Of a stretch of DNA of 64,000 bases, positions 1 through 9,686 are shown in pieces. The notes beneath the pieces are model-generated. The model made no database searches, had not been told where the DNA came from, and saw nothing but the letters and a program-made list of their open reading frames with translations. The DNA comes from an uncultured Verrucomicrobiae bacterium (GTDB lineage Bacteria > Verrucomicrobiota > Verrucomicrobiia > Chthoniobacterales > Chthoniobacteraceae). Made by a program: the position numbers and the translations under genes. Location of the stretch: assembly GCA_963836755.1 (NCBI GenBank), contig CAWIKF010000002.1, positions 960,001 through 1,024,000 of the forward strand. The letters are read 5' to 3'. Position 1 is the first letter of the stretch. The number at the start of each line of letters is the position of its first letter.

Positions 1-151
1 CTGGGTTGTGAAACCAGAGGAAGGCACGCCCGTGCCCGAGCGTCCGGAGCGTGAACGTCGCGGTGGACGCAGCGAGCGCCCACAAGCGCCGCGTGAATCA
101 GAACCGGCTCCCGCGCCCGCCGCGGCTGAACCGGAAGTAGCAACTGCGTAA
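1..151 (+). CDS. rpsC: 30S ribosomal protein S3, 3' end (partial)
   Basis: Frame from base 2 reads WVVKPEEGTPVPERPERERRGGRSERPQAP...EVATA*; lies directly upstream of rplP, where rpsC sits in the S10 operon. Confidence 0.8.
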   Translation, partial: WVVKPEEGTPVPERPERERRGGRSERPQAPRESEPAPAPAAAEPEVATA

Positions 152-172
152 TTTTTTTCGAGGAGAAAAGCC

Positions 173-598
173 ATGCCATTAATGCCCAAAAGAGTGAAGT
201 ATCGCAAAACCCAGCGGGGCAGCCGCAAGGGTTTCGCTTCACGCAGCATCCACATCGATTTCGGCGAATACGGTTTGCAAACGCTCGAGCGCGCCTGGAT
301 CACGAACATCCAGATCGAAGCCGCGCGCGTGGCGCTGACGCGCAACATGAAGCGCAAAGGCAAACTTTGGATCCGCATTTTTCCCGACAAATCCGTAACC
401 GCGCGTCCGCCCGAAACCCGCATGGGCAAAGGCAAAGGCCAGCCCGAGCATTGGGTCGCGACGGTGCGGCCAGGCAATATTTTGTTTGAGCTCGACGGCG
501 TGCCGGAGTCGGTCGCGCGCGAATCGCTGCGCCTCGCGGCGACGAAGCTGCCGATCCGCACGAAGTTCATCACACGTCACCACGCGATCGCGGCCTAG
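173..598 (+). CDS. rplP: 50S ribosomal protein L16
   Basis: [22 protein letters not shown] motifs. Confidence 0.98.
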   Translation: MPLMPKRVKYRKTQRGSRKGFASRSIHIDFGEYGLQTLERAWITNIQIEAARVALTRNMKRKGKLWIRIFPDKSVTARPPETRMGKGKGQPEHWVATVRPGNILFELDGVPESVARESLRLAATKLPIRTKFITRHHAIAA

Positions 599-601
599 TT
601 T

Positions 602-814
602 ATGAAGACGAAAGAAATCCGTGAGTTGAGCATTCAGGAATTGCAGGCGCGCAAACGCGAACTGCGCCAGGAAACTTTTCATCTGAAGCTGCAACAGCAA
701 TCTGGACAATTGGAAAAGCCGAGCCGAATTCGTGAGCTGCGCCGCGAGGTCGCGCGCATTGAAACATTTCTCACGCAGAAAAACCGCGCAGCCGAAGGAG
801 TGTCCAAATCATGA
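602..814 (+). CDS. rpmC: 50S ribosomal protein L29
   Basis: 70 aa, GQLEKPSRIRELRREVARIET; operon position. Confidence 0.96.
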   Translation: MKTKEIRELSIQELQARKRELRQETFHLKLQQQSGQLEKPSRIRELRREVARIETFLTQKNRAAEGVSKS

Positions 815-1092
815 GCGAACAAGTCACCATTACCGCCGAGGCGCCCGAGCGCGGCTTGCGCAAAACCCGCGTCGGCGAAGTCGTCTCGACAAAGATGAAC
901 AAAACCGCGGTCGTCAAAACGATCACGCGCGTGCCGCACGCGAAGTTTGGCAAAATCACCAAGCAGGTAAAAAAGTTTTACGTGCACGATGAGGAAAGCA
1001 AAGCGCAGGTCGGCGACACTGTCCGCATCGCCGAGACGCGTCCGCTCAGCAAATTAAAACGCTGGCGTTTGGTTGAAATCGTCAAGCATTAG
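811..1092 (+). CDS. rpsQ: 30S ribosomal protein S17
   Basis: GEVVSTKMNKT, VGDTVRIAETRPLSKLKRW. Confidence 0.97.
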   Translation: MSEQVTITAEAPERGLRKTRVGEVVSTKMNKTAVVKTITRVPHAKFGKITKQVKKFYVHDEESKAQVGDTVRIAETRPLSKLKRWRLVEIVKH

Positions 1093-1119
1093 CATTACAC
1101 TCCGCACCCTTTTCCCGTT

Positions 1120-1485
1120 ATGCTCCAAGTTCGTTCCAGATTAGACGTTGCAGACAACACCGGCGCCCGCATGGCCAAAATGATTGGCGTCATCGGCAAG
1201 GCGACGCTGTTCGCGCAGATCGGCGACGTCATCACCGCTCACGTCCGCGAGGCTTCGTCCGGCGGCACCGTGAAAAAAGGCGAGGTTGTCCGTGCCGTCG
1301 TCGTCCGCACGCGGCAATCGATTAAGCGCGAGGATGGGTCGTCGCTAAAGTTTGACCGCAACGCCATCGTCATCATCGACAAAGATCTAAATCCCCGCGG
1401 CACCCGCATTTTCGGACCGGTCGCGCGGGAGTTGCGCGAGAAGAATTTCATGAAGATCGTGTCACTCGCGCCGGAGGTATTATAA
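1120..1485 (+). CDS. rplN: 50S ribosomal protein L14
   Basis: [32 protein letters not shown]. Confidence 0.98.
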   Translation: MLQVRSRLDVADNTGARMAKMIGVIGKATLFAQIGDVITAHVREASSGGTVKKGEVVRAVVVRTRQSIKREDGSSLKFDRNAIVIIDKDLNPRGTRIFGPVARELREKNFMKIVSLAPEVL

Positions 1486-1778
1486 TGGCCAATCGTCCGA
1501 AATTTCATGTGAAAAAAGGCGATGAGGTTGTCGTCATTTCCGGCAACCACAAAGGTTCGTCGGGCAAAGTTTTGCAGGTGCTCGCCGCGAAGGAGCGCGT
1601 GCTCGTGGAGGGCGTGCGCATCATTAAAAAGCACGAGCGCAAATCTCAGGATAACCCGCAAGGGCGTATCGCGGAGCGCGAGGGGCCGATTCATATTTCC
1701 AATGTGAAGCTGGTGGAAGCGCCTGCGGAAAAATCGAAAAAACCGAAGGCGGAGAAGCCGAAGAAAAAGGCGGCTTAG
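1485..1778 (+). CDS. rplX: 50S ribosomal protein L24
   Basis: [14 protein letters not shown] motif, EGPIHISNV; Lys-rich tail. Confidence 0.96.
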   Translation: MANRPKFHVKKGDEVVVISGNHKGSSGKVLQVLAAKERVLVEGVRIIKKHERKSQDNPQGRIAEREGPIHISNVKLVEAPAEKSKKPKAEKPKKKAA

Positions 1779-1784
1779 CAGATT

Positions 1785-2357
1785 ATGGCAGCAGAACTTT
1801 ACGAATTTTACAAAAAGAGCGTCGTCCCGACGTTGCAGCAGCAGCGCGGCTACAAGAACGTGCACCAAGTGCCGCACGTCGAAAAAGTCGTCGTGAATAC
1901 CTGCATCGCATCCCAGCAGGATGTTAAACAAGCGCTCGAAGATGCAAAAGCGGAGCTGAGCCTGATTACCGGTCAGAAACCGGCGGAGACGCGATCGAAA
2001 AAGAGCATCGCCAACTTCAAGCTGCGCAAGGACCAGCCAATCGGCGCGAAGGTGACGCTGCGCGGCGCGCGGATGTATGAGTTTTTGGAACGGCTGATCA
2101 AAGCCGCACTGCCGCGCATCCGCGATTTTCGCGGAGTTTCGACGCGCGCGTTTGATGGGAACGGGAATTACACGCTCGGCGTTTCGGACCAGTCCATTTT
2201 CCCGGAAGTCGAGCTCGACAAAATCAAGCGCAACATTGGATTTGACGTGACCATTGTGACGAGCGCGAAAAACAACGATGAAGCCAAAGCGTTGTTGATG
2301 GAGCTTGGCATGCCTTTCAGCGACAAGGCGAAAAAACCGACGGCGAAAGCTGCTTAA
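1785..2357 (+). CDS. rplE: 50S ribosomal protein L5
   Basis: ITGQKP, KVTLRG, LPRIRDFRG, FDGNGNYTLG. Confidence 0.98.
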   Translation: MAAELYEFYKKSVVPTLQQQRGYKNVHQVPHVEKVVVNTCIASQQDVKQALEDAKAELSLITGQKPAETRSKKSIANFKLRKDQPIGAKVTLRGARMYEFLERLIKAALPRIRDFRGVSTRAFDGNGNYTLGVSDQSIFPEVELDKIKRNIGFDVTIVTSAKNNDEAKALLMELGMPFSDKAKKPTAKAA

Positions 2358-2361
2358 TTTT

Positions 2362-2760
2362 ATGAGTCAAATGTCTGATCCCATCGCCGATTTTCTCACG
2401 CGCTTGCGCAACGGCGGCAACGCATTGAAGCCCGAAGTGCTCGCTCCTTACTCGAAAATCAAGGTCGAGATCGCCCGTATTTTAAAACAAGAGGGCTACA
2501 TTTCGGGCTACGAAGTCGATACCGATGACGCGCATCCGCAGATCAAGGTGAAGACGAAGCTCGCGAATCGCGGCTCGGCGATCACTGGGTTGAAACGCGT
2601 GAGCAAACCAGGTCTTCGCCGTTACGTCGGCGCGCAGGAAGTGCCGCGCGTGCTCGGCGGCATGGGCGTCGCGATTCTTTCTACGCCTCGCGGGTTGATG
2701 ACCGGCCGCGAAGCGAAAAAGCAAAATGTCGGCGGCGAGCTGCTCGCTTACGTTTGGTAA
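2362..2760 (+). CDS. rpsH: 30S ribosomal protein S8
   Basis: DPIADFLTRLRN, RVSKPGLRRY, GGELLAYVW; start set to ATG 2362 (2371 also possible). Confidence 0.97.
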   Translation: MSQMSDPIADFLTRLRNGGNALKPEVLAPYSKIKVEIARILKQEGYISGYEVDTDDAHPQIKVKTKLANRGSAITGLKRVSKPGLRRYVGAQEVPRVLGGMGVAILSTPRGLMTGREAKKQNVGGELLAYVW

Positions 2761-2773
2761 CAAAGTTTTAAAC

Positions 2774-3313
2774 ATGTCACGAATCGGAAAAAAACCCATT
2801 GAGCTGCCGGACAAGGTGAAGCTGAACATTTCCGGCGACGGCGCGATCAACGTCGAAGGCCCGAAAGGCAAGCTCGCGTGGACGCTGCCGAAGCAGATCA
2901 AAGCGCGCATGGATGGCAAAAATGTGGTGTTCGAGCGGAGTGACGAAACACGTCAGGTGCGAGCGTTGCACGGCTTGTCGCGCGCCTTAATCTCGAACAT
3001 GGTGACGGGCGTCTCGGCCGGTTTCGTCAAGGATCTCGAAATTCAAGGCGTCGGTTTCAAAGCCGCCGTGCAGGGCAAAGTTCTCAACCTGAGCCTCGGT
3101 TTTTCGCATCCGATTTTGTTCCCGATTCCCGAGGGATTGAAAATCACCGTCACAGACAACACGAAAATCAAAGTCGAAGGCATCGACAAACATCTCGTCG
3201 GCCAGGCTGCCGCGGACATTCGCGCGTATTATCCGCCGGAGCCTTACAAGGGCAAAGGCGTCCGCTACGCCGGCGAGCAAATCATTCGCAAGGAAGGCAA
3301 AACCGTCCAGTAG
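2774..3313 (+). CDS. rplF: 50S ribosomal protein L6
   Basis: [21 protein letters not shown]; start set to ATG 2774. Confidence 0.98.
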   Translation: MSRIGKKPIELPDKVKLNISGDGAINVEGPKGKLAWTLPKQIKARMDGKNVVFERSDETRQVRALHGLSRALISNMVTGVSAGFVKDLEIQGVGFKAAVQGKVLNLSLGFSHPILFPIPEGLKITVTDNTKIKVEGIDKHLVGQAAADIRAYYPPEPYKGKGVRYAGEQIIRKEGKTVQ

Positions 3314-3315
3314 CC

Positions 3316-3675
3316 ATGTCCAAAAAACTCGACTCCACCAAACTCCGGCACACGCGGCTGCGCAAACGCATCAGCGGCACGACCGAGCGCCCTCGTCTCG
3401 CGGTGCATTTCTCCGGCAAAAACATTTACGCGCAGGTCATCGACGACCTTTCCGGCGTCACACTCGCGGCGGCGAACACGACGGAGAAGGATTTCAAAAA
3501 TGCAAAGACGACGCGCGCGAACAAAGCGACTGCCGAGCAAATCGGCAAGACCGTGGCCGAGCGCGCGAAAGCGAAGAGCATCACCAAGGTGGTCTTCGAC
3601 CGCGGCGGGTTTTTGTATCACGGAAAAGTGAAAGCGCTGGCCGATGCGGCGCGCGCAGGCGGACTCGACTTTTAA
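3316..3675 (+). CDS. rplR: 50S ribosomal protein L18
   Basis: [28 protein letters not shown]. Confidence 0.98.
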   Translation: MSKKLDSTKLRHTRLRKRISGTTERPRLAVHFSGKNIYAQVIDDLSGVTLAAANTTEKDFKNAKTTRANKATAEQIGKTVAERAKAKSITKVVFDRGGFLYHGKVKALADAARAGGLDF

Positions 3676-3678
3676 ATT

Positions 3679-4230
3679 ATGGCTGACAATCAACAACGCA
3701 ACCGCGGTCCTCGCAGAGATCGCAACGCCGAAGCCGCCGACAAATCGGGGCTCACGGAGAAAGTCGTTTTCATCAATCGTTGCGCAAAAGTCGTCAAGGG
3801 CGGCCGCCGTTTCAGCTTCAGTGCCTTGATCGTAACGGGCGACAAGGACGGCAAAGTCGGCTGTGGTTTTGGCAAGGCGAATGAAGTCTCTGAGGCGATT
3901 CGCAAGGCTTCGGAATCGGCGAAAAAAGCGATGACGAAAGTCGCGCGCCGCGAGAACACGATTCCGCACGAAGTCATTGGTGAGTTTGGTGGTGGGCGTG
4001 TTTTGTTGAAGCCGGCATCGCCCGGCACCGGCGTCATCGCGGGCGGCGGCGTTCGGGCCGTGGTGGAAGCGGCGGGCATTCGCGACGTGCTCGCGAAATC
4101 GCTCGGCTCGAGCAACCACGCGAACGTAGTCAAGGCGACGATCGCGGCTTTGCTGCAACTGCGTCAGCGCGATGAAATTTACAAACTTCGCGGACAGGCG
4201 ATTCCCGCGAAATTTGTGCAGGAAGTTTAA
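3679..4230 (+). CDS. rpsE: 30S ribosomal protein S5
   Basis: [23 protein letters not shown]. Confidence 0.98.
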   Translation: MADNQQRNRGPRRDRNAEAADKSGLTEKVVFINRCAKVVKGGRRFSFSALIVTGDKDGKVGCGFGKANEVSEAIRKASESAKKAMTKVARRENTIPHEVIGEFGGGRVLLKPASPGTGVIAGGGVRAVVEAAGIRDVLAKSLGSSNHANVVKATIAALLQLRQRDEIYKLRGQAIPAKFVQEV

Positions 4231-4232
4231 AT

Positions 4233-4691
4233 ATGAATTTGCACACACTCAAACCGCGCCCCGGCGCGAAGCACCGCACGAAACGGCTCGGCCAAGGCGA
4301 GAGTTCTGGCAAGGGCAAGACCAGCGGCAAAGGCCACAAGGGCCAGAAAGCACGCTCGGGCGGCAGCATTCGCCTCGGTTTTGAAGGTGGTCAGATGCCG
4401 CTTATCCGGCGGTTGCCGAAGCGCGGTTTTAACAACGCGCGATTCAAGAAACATTACGCGATTGTGAACTTGAGCGACCTCAATCGGTTCGATGATGGCG
4501 CGACCATCGACGAATCTTCGCTGCTCGAAGCGAAGCTCATTCGCGGAAAATATGTCGGCGTGAAAATTCTCGGCACCGGTGAGTTGACGAAAAAGTTGAC
4601 GATCTCGGCGGACCAGGTGAGTGCGGGTGCGCGCGAAAAAATCGAGAAAGCCGGCGGCACGATTTCGATCCCTGCAGCAGAGCAGAAGTAA
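4233..4691 (+). CDS. rplO: 50S ribosomal protein L15
   Basis: GKTSGKGHKGQKARSG, GFEGGQMPL. Confidence 0.98.
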   Translation: MNLHTLKPRPGAKHRTKRLGQGESSGKGKTSGKGHKGQKARSGGSIRLGFEGGQMPLIRRLPKRGFNNARFKKHYAIVNLSDLNRFDDGATIDESSLLEAKLIRGKYVGVKILGTGELTKKLTISADQVSAGAREKIEKAGGTISIPAAEQK

Positions 4692-4707
4692 TCGATTCGC
4701 GCCCTCG

Positions 4708-6213
4708 ATGATCTCGGCTTTTACGAATACATTCAAAATTCCGGAGCTCCGGAATCGTGTTCTTTTCACGCTCATAATGCTTGTGGTAGTGCGCGTCGGC
4801 GCGGCGATCACCTGCCCGGGCGTTAACGCGCTCGTGCTGCGCGAGTGGTTCATGAAAGAGGTCAACACGCAGACCGGCGGCGGCGTCGCGGCGCTTTTTA
4901 ATTTGTTCAGCGGCGGCGCGCTCGAAAACTGCGCGGTCTTTTCGCTCGGCGTGATGCCTTACATTAGCGCGTCGATCATGTTGCAATTGCTAACTGCGGT
5001 GATTCCGCAGCTCGGCAAGCTCGCCAAGGAAGACGGCGGCCGGCAAAAGATCATGCAATACACGCGCTACGCGACGATCGCGCTGTGTCTGTTTCAGGGT
5101 TATTTGCTCGCGAAGTCGTTTGAGTATCCAAAGCAGAATCCGTTTTTGCAGGGGATCGATTTGACGATCGCGCGGCTTGGCATTCCGCTGGTGGCGACGC
5201 CCGGCCTCGGCTTCGAAATTTTGACCGTGCTCACGCTGACGACCGGCACGTTGTTTCTCATGTGGATCGGCGATCAAATCACCGACCGCGGCATCGGCAA
5301 CGGCATGTCACTCATCATCACCGTCGGTATCGTCGCTCGGCTGCCCGCGGCGCTGATTCAGGCGTGGAAAACTTTTGTCCCATCCGCCGGACAGAGCAGC
5401 CAGGTGAACCCAATGGTGCTCGTGATCATGATCGCATTTTTAGTGCTCGTGATCGCAGCCGTCATATGCGTGACGCAGGCACAGCGAAAGATTTCGGTGC
5501 AATACGCGAAGCGCGTCGTCGGCCGAAAAGTCTACGGCGGACAGACGCAATACATGCCACTGAAGGTGAATTACGCGGGCGTCATGCCGATTATTTTTGC
5601 GCAGGCACTGCTGATTTTTCCTTCAACAATTGTGAACATGGCGTTCAAACAATCGCCAACGGCGCAGAATATTGCCGCGATGCTGACGCAAGGCTGGCTC
5701 CATTACACAGTTTATGGCGCGATGATTTTTTTCTTCAGCTATTTCTGGGTTGCGACGCAGTTTCAGCCGGCTCAAATCGCCGACGACTTGAAAAAATATG
5801 GTGGCTACATTCCCGGCGTGCGGCCAGGAAAGCCGACGGCGGATTTTCTAGACTTCACGATGACGCGGCTCACTTTTGCCGGCGCGATTTTTTTAACGAT
5901 CATCGCGATTTTGCCGCAGATGCTTTCGCACCAGCTCTCCGTGCCTTACATCACTGCGCAGTTTTTCGGCGGCACTAGTTTGCTCATCATCGTCGGCGTA
6001 ATGCTCGACACCATGCGGCAAGTCGAGACGCATCTCATCCAGCGGCATTACGACGGATTTTTGCGCAAGGGCCGGCTGCGTGGGCGTTTTGACCGCACGC
6101 CAGCGGGCCGTGGCGAGGCGGTGCAGCAGGGCGCGCTCATCTGGGCTTACGTCGGCATCGCGCTGCTGGTCGTCGCAGGCGTAAGTATTTTCATCGCCAG
6201 CCACCTGCGCTAA
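4708..6213 (+). CDS. secY: Preprotein translocase subunit SecY
   Basis: LGVMPYISASI, ITDRGIGNGMSLII, YIPGVRPG, GGTSLLIIVGV; start set to ATG 4708. Confidence 0.98.
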   Translation: MISAFTNTFKIPELRNRVLFTLIMLVVVRVGAAITCPGVNALVLREWFMKEVNTQTGGGVAALFNLFSGGALENCAVFSLGVMPYISASIMLQLLTAVIPQLGKLAKEDGGRQKIMQYTRYATIALCLFQGYLLAKSFEYPKQNPFLQGIDLTIARLGIPLVATPGLGFEILTVLTLTTGTLFLMWIGDQITDRGIGNGMSLIITVGIVARLPAALIQAWKTFVPSAGQSSQVNPMVLVIMIAFLVLVIAAVICVTQAQRKISVQYAKRVVGRKVYGGQTQYMPLKVNYAGVMPIIFAQALLIFPSTIVNMAFKQSPTAQNIAAMLTQGWLHYTVYGAMIFFFSYFWVATQFQPAQIADDLKKYGGYIPGVRPGKPTADFLDFTMTRLTFAGAIFLTIIAILPQMLSHQLSVPYITAQFFGGTSLLIIVGVMLDTMRQVETHLIQRHYDGFLRKGRLRGRFDRTPAGRGEAVQQGALIWAYVGIALLVVAGVSIFIASHLR

Positions 6214-6216
6214 GCG

Positions 6217-6864
6217 GTGAAAAAGCGGATCGTGCTGTTGGGGCCGCCGGCGTCGGGCAAAGGGACGCAGGCCGAAATGATTCGCGCGAAACATAAAATC
6301 GAAACGCCGTCGGTCGGCGCGATTTTGCGGGAGCAGGCCGCGGCTGGCACACCGATTGGACTCGAGGCGGAAAAGTTCACGCGCGATGGTTTGCTAGTGC
6401 CCGACGCGATCATCGTCGCACTCGTGGAATCGTGGCTGGTGAAACACGATGGGTCCGTGGTTTTTGATGGATTTCCGCGCACAGTCGGGCAGGCCGAGGC
6501 GCTCGAACAAATGCTAAACAGCCGCCAAACACCGTTAGACATTGCGCTTTTTTTCGAACTGAACATTGAGGCGATTGAAGACCGGGTCGCGCGCAGATTG
6601 GTTTGCTCGAAATGCGATTTCATCGTCAGCGTCGGTTGGCAGGTCGAGAGCGTCGATTCGCCATGCCCGCGCTGCGGCGGCGCGCTGCATCGGCGGAAGG
6701 ACGACACGCTCGAGGCGTTGCAACGCCGGATGATTGAATATCGCGAAAAAACCGAGCCGCTGATCGGCTTTTACAAAAAGCGCGGCATCCTGCGGCTCAT
6801 CACCGCGCACGAAAGATCGGGAGTTGTTTTTGAAAAAGTTTGTGCTGCGTTGGAGAGCCAATGA
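6217..6864 (+). CDS. adk: Adenylate kinase with zinc-type LID
   Basis: GPPASGKGT P-loop, DGFPRT, CSKC...CPRC lid. Confidence 0.95.
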   Translation: MKKRIVLLGPPASGKGTQAEMIRAKHKIETPSVGAILREQAAAGTPIGLEAEKFTRDGLLVPDAIIVALVESWLVKHDGSVVFDGFPRTVGQAEALEQMLNSRQTPLDIALFFELNIEAIEDRVARRLVCSKCDFIVSVGWQVESVDSPCPRCGGALHRRKDDTLEALQRRMIEYREKTEPLIGFYKKRGILRLITAHERSGVVFEKVCAALESQ

Positions 6865-7625
6865 TCCCGATTAAAACAGCGCGCGAGATTGAAAAAATGC
6901 GCATCGCCTGCCGGCGCGCTAGCGAAGTGCTCGAGCATGTTTCCGCGGTCGTGCGGCCGGGCATCACGACCGGCGAAGTCGATCGCGCGGCCGCGGATTT
7001 CATCGCCGATGCGCACTGCAAAAGCGCCTTCCTCGGATATCGCGGATTTCCCGGGAACATCTGCATTTCGCTCAATGAGGAAGTCGTCCACGGAATTGGC
7101 GGCCCGCGCAAAATCCAATATGGCGATATCGTGAAACTCGACATTGGCGTCATCGTGGACGGCTGGGTTGGCGACACCGCCACCACCGTGCCGGTGGGCA
7201 TCATCGAAAATGCGACCCAGCGGCTACTGAGCGTGACCGAGGAGACGCTCCACCTCGCGATTCCGTATGCGGTGGACGGCAGACCGCTCGGGGATTTGTG
7301 CGCCGCGATCGAGGAAGAAATCGTCGCCCACGGTTACAGCGTCGTGCGCGAATTTGTCGGCCACGGAGTCGGGCGAAAATTGCACGAGGAGCCGCAAGTG
7401 CCCAATTTTGGGCGCAAGGGAAGCGGTCCGAAATTGAAAGCGGGGATGACGCTTGCCATCGAGCCGATGGTTAACCTCGGAAAAGGCAGCGTGAAAATTT
7501 TGGCCGACAACTGGACGGTCGTGACGGCGGATCGGAAGCCCTCCGCGCATTTCGAGCACACGGTTCTTGTCACGAAAAAGGAACCTGAGATATTGACCTT
7601 GCGCGAAAAAACTCTCACGCAATGA
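6861..7625 (+). CDS. map: Type I methionine aminopeptidase
   Basis: SLNEEVVHG, GHGVG, AIEPMVN, SAHFEHT; ATGA overlap with the adk stop. Confidence 0.97.
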   Translation: MIPIKTAREIEKMRIACRRASEVLEHVSAVVRPGITTGEVDRAAADFIADAHCKSAFLGYRGFPGNICISLNEEVVHGIGGPRKIQYGDIVKLDIGVIVDGWVGDTATTVPVGIIENATQRLLSVTEETLHLAIPYAVDGRPLGDLCAAIEEEIVAHGYSVVREFVGHGVGRKLHEEPQVPNFGRKGSGPKLKAGMTLAIEPMVNLGKGSVKILADNWTVVTADRKPSAHFEHTVLVTKKEPEILTLREKTLTQ

Positions 7626-7669
7626 AGGCAAAGTTGCTCCAAAAAAATGCGACGGTCTTCATTAGCGGC

Positions 7670-7697
7670 TTGCCACGCAGAAATGTTGTGGTAGAAA
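7670..7697 (+). promoter_or_regulatory. Candidate sigma70-type promoter for rpmJ-rpsM-rpsK-rpsD
   Basis: TTGCCA-16 bp-TAGAAA with TG just upstream of the -10, in the 188-bp map-rpmJ gap. Confidence 0.4.
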
Positions 7698-7744
7698 TAG
7701 CGTTCTTTCGACTGCCGGAGGCGTAAACGCCCTTGGCCGAAATT

Positions 7745-7790
7745 GAGATCGCTCTGGAAAGAGTCCGGTTTTTTCCAGAGCGATTTTTGT
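7745..7790 (+). promoter_or_regulatory. Terminator-like hairpin in the rpmJ leader
   Basis: ATCGCTCTGGAAA (7748-7760) pairs perfectly with TTTCCAGAGCGAT (7772-7784), followed by TTTTGT. Confidence 0.55.
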
Positions 7791-7813
7791 CCCTAAATGC
7801 AATTGTTAAACAA

Positions 7814-7927
7814 ATGAAAGTCAGAGCATCAGTCAAACGGTTGTGCGAAGCGTGTAAAATCGTGAAGCGCAAAAATGTCTTGCGTGTGATTTGCAAAAAT
7901 CCGCGGCACAAGCAGCGTCAGGGTTAG
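7814..7927 (+). CDS. rpmJ: 50S ribosomal protein L36 (zinc-binding C+ type)
   Basis: [37 protein letters not shown], 37 aa. Confidence 0.98.
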   Translation: MKVRASVKRLCEACKIVKRKNVLRVICKNPRHKQRQG

Positions 7928-7939
7928 CCTTTTAAAAAT

Positions 7940-8335
7940 ATGCCACGTTTACTTGGAGTAGAAATTCCCGGCGACAAACGCATCGAAGCGTCGTTGACCT
8001 ACATTTACGGCATCGGGCCGAGCACCTCGAAAAAAATTCTCGAGCAGGTCAACATTGACCCGAGCATCCGCGCGAAAAATCTCTCGCCGGAGCAGCTCAA
8101 TCAAATCATTCAAGCGATCACCGGGAGCAAACTCTCGATCGAGGGCGATCTGCGCCGCGAGCTCCAGAGCAACTTGAAGCGTCTGCAGGCGATCAATTGC
8201 TACCGCGGAATCCGGCATCGGCGCAGCTTGCCCGTTCGCGGTCAGCGCACGAGCACGAACGCGCGCACGCGCAAGGGCCCACGCAAAACCGTAGGCGTGA
8301 TTCGCAACAAAGACGCCAAGGCAGGCAAAGTTTAA
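7940..8335 (+). CDS. rpsM: 30S ribosomal protein S13
   Basis: [34 protein letters not shown]. Confidence 0.98.
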   Translation: MPRLLGVEIPGDKRIEASLTYIYGIGPSTSKKILEQVNIDPSIRAKNLSPEQLNQIIQAITGSKLSIEGDLRRELQSNLKRLQAINCYRGIRHRRSLPVRGQRTSTNARTRKGPRKTVGVIRNKDAKAGKV

Positions 8336-8347
8336 AGGAATCCAAGT

Positions 8348-8992
8348 ATGGCCGACGAAAAAAAACCGAAAGCTCCCAAGGCAAAAAAAGAAGCGACGCC
8401 AGAGGCTGCTGCACCTGCGGACGAAACTCCCCATGCCGCTGCGCCTGCGACGGGTGAAACTCCTCAAGCGGCAGCGCCCGCTGCCGAGGCGCCTGCTGCT
8501 CCGGCTGAGGCGAAACCGGCAAAGGCTCCGAAGAAAACAAAAAAAGAAGCAGCGGCTCCGGCAGCAGAAGCTCCGAAGGAAAATTTCTCGCTCGATCCGA
8601 ATGCCGTTGAGCCGGTCAAAATCATCAAGGCGAAGGGGAGCAAAAACGTCCACACGGGCGTCGCGCATGTGCTCGCCACTTTCAATAACACCATCGTGAC
8701 GATCACTGATCAAAGCGGCGCCGTCATCGGCTGGTCGAGTGCCGGCAAAGTTGGGTTCAAAGGCTCGCGCAAAAGCACCGCTTACGCCGCGCAGATGGTC
8801 GCGCAGGATGCCTGCCGCCAGGCGATGGGTCACGGATTGAAAGAAGTCGAAGTTCGCGTCAAAGGCCCGGGCGCCGGTCGGGAATCCGCAGTCCGCGCGA
8901 TGCAGGCCATCGGGCTCGAAATTACGGTCATTCGTGATGTCACTCCGATTCCGCACAACGGCTGCCGGCCGCCCAAACAGCGTCGCGTCTGA
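8348..8992 (+). CDS. rpsK: 30S ribosomal protein S11 with long Ala/Pro/Lys/Glu N-terminal extension
   Basis: [34 protein letters not shown]. Confidence 0.97.
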   Translation: MADEKKPKAPKAKKEATPEAAAPADETPHAAAPATGETPQAAAPAAEAPAAPAEAKPAKAPKKTKKEAAAPAAEAPKENFSLDPNAVEPVKIIKAKGSKNVHTGVAHVLATFNNTIVTITDQSGAVIGWSSAGKVGFKGSRKSTAYAAQMVAQDACRQAMGHGLKEVEVRVKGPGAGRESAVRAMQAIGLEITVIRDVTPIPHNGCRPPKQRRV

Positions 8993-9018
8993 GTTTACCA
9001 AAGTTTAACACATAGAAA

Positions 9019-9630
9019 ATGGCACGTTACACAGGTCCCAAAACCAGAATCAGCCGCCGCTTCGGCGTCGCAATCTTCGGTCCGTCAAAAGCGCTCGAGC
9101 GCAAAAATTACGGCCCCGGCATTCACGGCCCGAAAGGCTCGCGTCGCAAGCAGTCGGAATACGCCGTCGCGCTCGCCGAAAAGCAAAAACTGCGTTATCA
9201 ATATGGTCTGCTCGAGCGGCAGTTCCGCCGGTATTTCCAGACTGCGCTGACGCGCCGCGGCGTGACGGGCGAGATCCTTTTGCAACTTCTCGAGACGAGG
9301 CTCGACAATGTCGTTTACCGTCTTGGATTCGCCAACTCGCGCAATGCCGCGCGCCAGATGGTTTCGCACGGGCACGTCGCCGTGAATGGCAGGAAGGTCG
9401 ACGTCTCCTCGTTCAATGTGAAACCGAACGACACGATCACCGTGAAGGACAAACCTGGCTCGCGTCGTCTCGCAGCGAAAAATATTGAGCTGACGCAGAT
9501 CGCGCCGGTGCCGGATTGGCTCGTCGCGGACAAGGAAAATTTCAGCGGCAAAGTTTCCCGCATTCCGACTCGCGAGGAGATCGCGCCGATCGTGAACGAG
9601 CAGCTCATCGTCGAGCTTTACTCGCGCTAA
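9019..9630 (+). CDS. rpsD: 30S ribosomal protein S4
   Basis: MARYTGP, LETRLDNVVYRLG, ARQMVSHGH, LIVELYSR. Confidence 0.98.
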   Translation: MARYTGPKTRISRRFGVAIFGPSKALERKNYGPGIHGPKGSRRKQSEYAVALAEKQKLRYQYGLLERQFRRYFQTALTRRGVTGEILLQLLETRLDNVVYRLGFANSRNAARQMVSHGHVAVNGRKVDVSSFNVKPNDTITVKDKPGSRRLAAKNIELTQIAPVPDWLVADKENFSGKVSRIPTREEIAPIVNEQLIVELYSR

Positions 9631-9649
9631 AACAGCGCGGCAAATTTAC

Positions 9650-9686
9650 AAAAGCGGCGACTTTCGGGTCGCCGCTTTTTTATTTT
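9650..9686. terminator. Intrinsic, probably bidirectional, terminator after rpsD
   Basis: AAAAGCGGCGAC-TTTCGG-GTCGCCGCTTTTTTATTTT, between convergent genes. Confidence 0.85.
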
